In this document: in pieces, positions 51,013 through 56,322 of the stretch
Layout: every line of letters starts with the position of its first letter
Numbering within the stretch: the first letter of the stretch is position 1
Source: a virus
Lineage: Duplodnaviria; Caudoviricetes
Virus record (IMG/VR): IMGVR_UViG_3300051212_000212
Span: 1 to 56,322 of that record
Direction: 5' to 3' (one strand)
Length of the DNA: 56,322 nucleotides
Notes under the pieces: model-generated
What the model was told of the DNA's origin: nothing
Seen by the model: only the letters and a program-made list of their open reading frames with translations
Database searches by the model: none
Program-made: the position numbers and the translations under genes

Positions 51013-52786
51013 TTTTAATGATCTCATAGACATCCTCGACGGAGAGGAATTTGATGAGAGACCAGTCGATCTACGAACATTTGTTACGGGACAAGATTAC
51101 CTTGCACTACCTCCGCTTTCGGAGCACCAGTATACACTCATTGAGAAGAGCAGCCAAATCTACAAGGAATCTACCCTTATAAAATTATTTGGGGAAGAAG
51201 AAGGAAAACGTAGATTTAAACAAACATGTAATGAAGTTATTGCTCAGCTTGGTAAGGGTAGTGGTAAAGATTATTGTTCCACTATATCTGTTTGCTATAT
51301 AGTATATTTACTATTGTGCCTGAAGGACCCAGCTACATATTACGGCAAGCCACCTGGAGACTCAATAGACATTTTAAATATTGCTATCAACGCACAACAG
51401 GCAAACAATGTTTTTTTCAAAGGCTTTAAAACACGCATAGACTCTTCTCCATGGTTTGTTGGAAAATATGAAGCCAAGGCTTCTGAGATGAAATTTAATA
51501 AAGCAGTAACGGTTCATTCTGGTCACTCAGAGCGAGAGGCATGGGAAGGCTATAACGTAATAGTTGTAGTCCTAGACGAGATCTCAGGCTTTGCTACAGA
51601 AAATACAACTGGGCATGATCAGGCTAAAACAGCAGACGCTATATATGATATGTATAGGGCTTCGGTTGATTCACGTTTTCCAGACTTTGGAAAAGTTATT
51701 TTGCTTTCTTTCCCACGATTTAAAAATGATCCTATCCAAAAGTTTTATGAGTCAGTCATTGCAGAAAAAGAAACTTTAGTTAAAACTAAAGTATTAAAAA
51801 TGGATGACTCATTACCAGACGGAATAGAAGGAAACGAAATAACCGTTGAATGGGAAGAAGATCATATTATTTCCTATAACATTCCAAGAGTATTTGCTTT
51901 AAAAAGACCAACATGGGAAGTCAATCCTACAAAAAAGATTGAAGATTTTAAAGTGGCATTTTATAAAAACATGCCAGATGCTCTGGGAAGATTTGCATGC
52001 ATGCCTTCAGAAGCAGTAGATGCATTCTTTAAATCAAGAGAAAAGGTAGAAAAAGCATTTAGTAATATGGCTTTGGCTATTGATAAATTTGGAAGACTTG
52101 AACCTTGGTTTGCCCCAGACCCAGATAAAGAATATTTCTTGCATGTAGACCTTGCTCAAAAGCACGACCACTGTGCAGTTGCAATGTCTCATGTAAACAA
52201 ATGGGTAAATATAAAAGTTACTGACACATACTCTCAGCCTGCTCCAATAGTTGAGGTAGATGCAGTTAGATATTGGACTCCAACACCAGATAAGTCTGTG
52301 GATTTTACAGAAGTAAAAGATTATATATTAGCACTTAGAACTGCTGGATTTAATATAAGAGTATGTACTTTTGACCGTTGGAATTCGCATGACATGATGC
52401 AACAATTAAAGCAATATGGAATCAACACAGAAACTTTGTCGGTGGCAAAGAAACATTATGATGATATGGCAATGGTTATTCTAGAAGAAAGATTAACTGG
52501 TCCGAACATAAAGCTTCTTATAGACGAATTATTACAATTAAGAATTATGAGGGATAAGGTGGACCACCCAAGAAAAGGATCTAAAGACTTGGCGGACGCA
52601 GTTTGTGGATCTATATATAATGCAATAAGCAGAAGTAAGTTTGATGTTTTTGGAGAAGTAGAAGTTCATACATATGACTCGCTTAAATATGAAGAAAGAG
52701 AAGATGTATATGTACAAAATATGATACGTGCTCCAAGGATGCCTCAACAACTAGAAGAGGCTTTGGATAGAATGGAAATATTATGA
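51002..52786 (+). CDS. terL: Terminase large subunit
   Basis: Walker A 'GKGSGKD', Walker B 'VVVLDE', 'LSFP', nuclease 'HVDLAQKHD', 'TFDRWNS', 'DHPRKGSKDLADA'. Confidence 0.9.
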   Translation: MDLNFNDLIDILDGEEFDERPVDLRTFVTGQDYLALPPLSEHQYTLIEKSSQIYKESTLIKLFGEEEGKRRFKQTCNEVIAQLGKGSGKDYCSTISVCYIVYLLLCLKDPATYYGKPPGDSIDILNIAINAQQANNVFFKGFKTRIDSSPWFVGKYEAKASEMKFNKAVTVHSGHSEREAWEGYNVIVVVLDEISGFATENTTGHDQAKTADAIYDMYRASVDSRFPDFGKVILLSFPRFKNDPIQKFYESVIAEKETLVKTKVLKMDDSLPDGIEGNEITVEWEEDHIISYNIPRVFALKRPTWEVNPTKKIEDFKVAFYKNMPDALGRFACMPSEAVDAFFKSREKVEKAFSNMALAIDKFGRLEPWFAPDPDKEYFLHVDLAQKHDHCAVAMSHVNKWVNIKVTDTYSQPAPIVEVDAVRYWTPTPDKSVDFTEVKDYILALRTAGFNIRVCTFDRWNSHDMMQQLKQYGINTETLSVAKKHYDDMAMVILEERLTGPNIKLLIDELLQLRIMRDKVDHPRKGSKDLADAVCGSIYNAISRSKFDVFGEVEVHTYDSLKYEEREDVYVQNMIRAPRMPQQLEEALDRMEIL

Positions 52787-53052
52787 GTATATATCAAGAT
52801 AAGGCTAAGGAATGCAAGTGTTGTGGAAAGCATGTTCCACTTCCTACGACATTAAAAGAATACAATAATATAATGCTATGCCCCACCACATTCGCAAACG
52901 TGATAGAATATAAGAGACTATGGAAATCTCTTGGCAATAGACCGCCAGGAAGTATACGTAAACATTTTTCTGATTACGTACAAAAAATAGTTGAAGATAC
53001 TATTGACAAGAATGAGGACGGGACAATACAATTAGACACTAAGCAGCAATAG
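52783..53052 (+). CDS. Hypothetical protein with CxxC-like motif
   Basis: ATGA coupling with terL; CKCC...LCP. Confidence 0.6.
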   Translation: MSIYQDKAKECKCCGKHVPLPTTLKEYNNIMLCPTTFANVIEYKRLWKSLGNRPPGSIRKHFSDYVQKIVEDTIDKNEDGTIQLDTKQQ

Positions 53053-53116
53053 CTTAGTTGGTTAGAGCCCCCGACTCATAATCGGGTAGTCGTAGGTTCA
53101 AGTCCTACTTGCTGCA
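53043..53116 (+). tRNA. tRNA with CAT anticodon (elongator Met or Ile2); CCA not encoded
   Basis: Acceptor stem GCAGCAA/TTGCTGC, D arm GCTT..GAGC, anticodon stem CCCGA-CTCATAA-TCGGG, T arm GTAGG-TTCAAGT-CCTAC. Confidence 0.92.
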
Positions 53117-53128
53117 CAAAGGAGAAAA

Positions 53129-53440
53129 ATGTTTGACGATGATGATGGTAGACTACAACACTATTTAGAAATAGGTGCGGTAGAAGTTGCAGGCATAGAC
53201 CCAGATGGAGAATTTATATATGAAATATGCGAAAGGGCACAAGTAGTAGCGCCAGAGTTATGGCATGCCCATCAAATTCATATAGAGCAATCTTTAACTA
53301 AGATGTTTGAAGAAGGTCTTTTAGATGTAACTTATGATGAAAATTTAGAAGCTCATGTTAAGTTAAGCGAAGAGGGCAAAAAGAGATCAAAAGAATTTGG
53401 TATAATTGAGATGGACAAAAAAGATTTGCCCAATAATTAG
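53129..53440 (+). CDS. Hypothetical acidic protein
   Basis: AAGGAG SD; 103 aa. Confidence 0.65.
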   Translation: MFDDDDGRLQHYLEIGAVEVAGIDPDGEFIYEICERAQVVAPELWHAHQIHIEQSLTKMFEEGLLDVTYDENLEAHVKLSEEGKKRSKEFGIIEMDKKDLPNN

Positions 53441-53448
53441 GAGGAATC

Positions 53449-53628
53449 ATGCCTTGGAATATTAAAAGAAATGCTGCGGGATGCAGGGGCTATGCAGTAG
53501 TAAAAGAAGACGGGGAATTAGTTGGATGCCATGAGTCTGAAACAAAGGCTAAGGCACACATGAGAGCCTTGTATGCTTCAGAAGCAGATGCTAAAAAAAT
53601 GAAGGATAAAAAGAAAAAGATTTACTAA
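53449..53628 (+). CDS. Small phage protein (59 aa)
   Basis: AGGAGG SD; MPWNIKRNAAGCRGYAVVKEDGELVGCHESETKAKAHMRALYASE. Not in the ORF track. Confidence 0.7.
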   Translation: MPWNIKRNAAGCRGYAVVKEDGELVGCHESETKAKAHMRALYASEADAKKMKDKKKKIY

Positions 53629-53648
53629 TAAAAACTATTTGCTATAAT

Positions 53649-53710
53649 ATATATGGGTCGCCATTCGGGGCCCATATATTAATTTATTCGCTTGAAGGAG
53701 GAATAAAATG
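53649..53710 (+). promoter_or_regulatory. ROSE-like RNA thermometer in the hsp20 leader
   Basis: Two hairpins; the 3' hairpin TTATTC-G-CTT/GAAG/GAGGAATAA carries UCGCU with a bulged G opposite the SD; promoter TGCTATAAT at 53640. Confidence 0.65.
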
Positions 53711-54130
53711 GTTACAACATATACATGGGACCTTTTCAAGGATCCCTTTTTTATTGGCTTCAACAATATGGTTGATCGCCTAAATTCAGTTCATACAACA
53801 GCAACACATCAATCTTATCCGCCATATGACGTGGCTCAAATTGATGAAAATGAATATATTGTTAGCCTTGCAGTAGCAGGTTTTAGCAAGGAAGATATAA
53901 CCGTTGAGGTTGATAATGGAACTCTTGTAATTAAAGGTGAAAGAGATATTGAGGATGCTCCAAAGCATGTAATTCATAAAGGAATTGCTGCAAGGAAATT
54001 TACTCGCACCTTTGCTCTCGGAGAATATATGGAGGTGTCCAGTGCTCAGTTGGAGAACGGCCTTCTTAATATTCATGTGGAACGAATCGTCCCAGAAGAG
54101 AAAAAGCCAAAGACAATCAAAGTCAAATAA
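53708..54130 (+). CDS. hsp20: Small heat-shock protein (Hsp20/IbpA-like)
   Basis: 'SYPPYDV', 'LAVAGFSKEDI', 'HKGIAARKFTRTFAL', 'A.LENGLL.I', 'PEEKKPK.I'. Confidence 0.93.
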   Translation: MVTTYTWDLFKDPFFIGFNNMVDRLNSVHTTATHQSYPPYDVAQIDENEYIVSLAVAGFSKEDITVEVDNGTLVIKGERDIEDAPKHVIHKGIAARKFTRTFALGEYMEVSSAQLENGLLNIHVERIVPEEKKPKTIKVK

Positions 54131-54140
54131 GGTATAATGA

Positions 54141-54247
54141 TCTTGGGCATAGTTGCCTAGGATAGTCGGGGGAGACAGCGACTCAAAATAACTGGTATAG
54201 TCCTGAGCATGACTGTAAAAAACTGCTCCTAAAAATTTAGGAGAAAT
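54141..54247 (+). ncRNA. Structured 5' leader: two hairpins, an H-type pseudoknot and an anti-SD hairpin (candidate cis-regulatory RNA)
   Basis: Complementary segments read directly from the sequence (see finding); GGTATAAT -10 at 54131. Confidence 0.5.
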
Positions 54248-54655
54248 ATGTACGAATATCGTGTAAAAAAGCTTGTAGGAGTTGTAGATGGAGATACCAT
54301 CGATGTTGATATTGACCTTGGCTTTAATGTTTCATACTCTCAACGAGTTAGGCTTGCTGGCATAGATACTCCAGAATCCCGCACCAAAGATAAGTTCGAA
54401 AAAACACTTGGACTTGAATCAAAAGAATATATCAAGTCAAAGTTAAAAGATGCCACTGATATTGTTATTAAAACAGAGCTCCCAGACTCTTCAGAAAAGT
54501 ATGGAAGAATTCTAGGCTGGCTATTCGTAGATGGATCTTTAAAATCTATTAATGAGCAAATGATAGAAGATGGATACGCTTGGTCATACATGGGTGATAC
54601 TAAGGTAAAAGACTTTGCTGCCCTTGCAGAAAAGAGAAAGAAAAGCGGTAAGTAA
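54248..54655 (+). CDS. Thermonuclease (SNase-like)
   Basis: 'VVDGDTIDV', 'RVRLAGIDTPE', 'KYGRILG', 'INEQMIEDGYA'. Confidence 0.9.
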   Translation: MYEYRVKKLVGVVDGDTIDVDIDLGFNVSYSQRVRLAGIDTPESRTKDKFEKTLGLESKEYIKSKLKDATDIVIKTELPDSSEKYGRILGWLFVDGSLKSINEQMIEDGYAWSYMGDTKVKDFAALAEKRKKSGK

Positions 54656-54837
54656 TGCCTGCATATGACTACAAGTGTGTACTTTGTGAACACGTCAAAG
54701 AAGTTAACAAGTCTATTAATGATGCAGCAATGGTTGAGCTTTGTGACAAGTGTGGTGCTGCAATGATTAAGCAGTTTGGTACATTTGGAATTCAGTTTAA
54801 GGGTTCTGGCTTTTACAAAACAGATAACGCTAAGTAG
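54655..54837 (+). CDS. FmdB-family zinc-ribbon protein
   Basis: 'MPAYDYKC..C...C.KCG...FKGSGFYKTD'. Confidence 0.85.
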   Translation: MPAYDYKCVLCEHVKEVNKSINDAAMVELCDKCGAAMIKQFGTFGIQFKGSGFYKTDNAK

Positions 54838-54887
54838 TCCAATGATATAATTAACTTGTTATAAGATTTATAACAAGGAGTTATTAG

Positions 54888-56322
54888 TTGACTAGGACTA
54901 AGTTATGGAGATTGTCATTAGCCGCCATTTTAGGGTTTGGTTGGCTATTTCTCACACCCGCTTCTTATAGCGATGACCCTCTAAGCTTAGCCGCTCAAGA
55001 AATACAAGAGCTAAATGAAAAAGTAAGCAATCTAAATGAAGAAGCTGAAACTCAAGCCCTTATAGATATAGCAGAAGATAAATACGATGATGCAGTAGCC
55101 GCAAAAGATGCTAGAGATGATGCCTATGATGCATATGATGCGTCGTTAGCAGCAGAAGCAACAGCATTACAGGAAAAAAATACAGCTCAAACTGCTGTAG
55201 AAAACCAAACTCCAATAGTTGCAACAGCCTTAGAAGATAAAAATGATGCACAAGATGCTTTAGATATAGCAAATATAAATCTACAAACAACGCAATCAGC
55301 AGTTCAAAATGCTGGCAATCAAGGACTACAATATACTGTATACCATCTTACAAGAGGATGGAACGGCGTAGCAATACCAGATTCAGTTATATGTACTGGA
55401 GTATGGAATTCAAATTCAATGCAGCCACCAGTATGCGGTTATTATGAAAACTTTATAGTTAAATTTACTGGAAAGATTACGGTTCCTTCTCATTGGACCA
55501 CCACATATTTTGCTGGATATACAGATGATGGATTTAGAATGTATATAGACGGACAGCTTGCAATTGATGAATGGGTAGAAAAAGGATCTTCCTGGAGTGA
55601 GTATTCTCCAATTTATAATGTTAGTCAGGACAAAACATTAGATGTAGAAATATGGTGGTATAACGGTGGAGGCCCAGGTTACTATCATCTTGGATGGGCA
55701 ATTCCTGGGGGTTGGACAGGAGCGGGATGTGATTATACTGGAGGCTGGGGTATAGGATTTAGTTGTAATCTAAATACATTTTCTTATGGTGTAGGTGCAA
55801 CACAATCACAAATTGACGCATATAATGCAGCAGTAACTGCACAGGCGGCGGCACAGACAGATTATAATAACAAACTTGCTACATACAATACCGCAAACTC
55901 TACATTAACTACATACAATCAAACATTAACAACTAAGACTAATTCGTATAATACTGCAGTAACAAATACAGCAAATGCTTTAACTGCTAAAAATAATACA
56001 CAATCAACCTATGATCAATCTATCATTGATTTAAATAATGCAATAGATGATGCATGGGAACTATATAATGAAACTTGGCAATTTGAAGAACAACAAAGAA
56101 TTCAAGCAGCTATTGCTGCCGCTATGGCAAATCAACCACAGCCAACGCCAGAACCTACAGTAGAACCAACTCCAGAACCTACGCCTGAGCCATCGCCTGA
56201 GCAAACTGAACCAGACGATCCCACTCCAACTCCAGATTCCGAAACCACAGATGAACCGACGCCAGATCCAACTCCTGAACCAGAGCCCACTGTTGAGCCT
56301 TCACCAGAGCCTTCACCTCTGC
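54888..56322 (+). CDS. Secreted/surface protein: signal peptide, coiled coil, PA14 domain, Pro/Thr/Glu-rich linker (3' truncated)
   Basis: AAGGAG SD, TTG at 54888; LTRTKLWRLSLAAILGFGWLFLTPASYS signal-like; 'FIVKFTGKITVP...AGYTDDGFRMYIDG..AIDEW'; PEPTPEP repeats. Open to the window end, so absent from the ORF track. Confidence 0.8.
   Translation, partial: MTRTKLWRLSLAAILGFGWLFLTPASYSDDPLSLAAQEIQELNEKVSNLNEEAETQALIDIAEDKYDDAVAAKDARDDAYDAYDASLAAEATALQEKNTAQTAVENQTPIVATALEDKNDAQDALDIANINLQTTQSAVQNAGNQGLQYTVYHLTRGWNGVAIPDSVICTGVWNSNSMQPPVCGYYENFIVKFTGKITVPSHWTTTYFAGYTDDGFRMYIDGQLAIDEWVEKGSSWSEYSPIYNVSQDKTLDVEIWWYNGGGPGYYHLGWAIPGGWTGAGCDYTGGWGIGFSCNLNTFSYGVGATQSQIDAYNAAVTAQAAAQTDYNNKLATYNTANSTLTTYNQTLTTKTNSYNTAVTNTANALTAKNNTQSTYDQSIIDLNNAIDDAWELYNETWQFEEQQRIQAAIAAAMANQPQPTPEPTVEPTPEPTPEPSPEQTEPDDPTPTPDSETTDEPTPDPTPEPEPTVEPSPEPSPL

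Noticed and set aside
38591-52786. Inteins or introns in DnaB, DnaE, RecA or TerL
   Set aside because: Protein lengths are normal, motifs are contiguous, and no C...HN splice junctions or homing endonuclease motifs were seen.
54200-54230. Hammerhead ribozyme (CTGA..A core)
   Set aside because: CTGAGCA does not match CUGANGA, and no GAAA/cleavage-site three-way junction is evident.

Overview
A 56 kb segment of an AT-rich, tailed dsDNA phage genome (Caudoviricetes, siphovirus-like; a freshwater actinobacterial host is my guess, not shown by the sequence). All supported genes are on the + strand. In order: a TPR-glycosyltransferase and collagen-like fibre genes; a head module (portal, protease/scaffold, major capsid); neck and tail genes with a -1 frameshifted tail assembly chaperone and a 3197-aa tape measure protein; tail-tip and fibre genes; a replication/recombination module (DnaB, primase, SSB, DnaE, RecA, Cas4-like exonuclease, RuvC-like resolvase); terminase; one tRNA(CAT); Hsp20; a thermonuclease; and a truncated secreted PA14-domain protein. 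The most notable observations are: (1) an R-S-E ADP-ribosyltransferase-like domain and other apparent cargo segments inside the tape measure protein, between repeated 'xxGG' linker modules; (2) a compact H-type pseudoknot that competes with a Shine-Dalgarno-sequestering hairpin upstream of the nuclease gene (riboswitch-like); (3) a ROSE-type RNA thermometer upstream of hsp20. All calls come from reading motifs by eye; no searches or folding programs were run.
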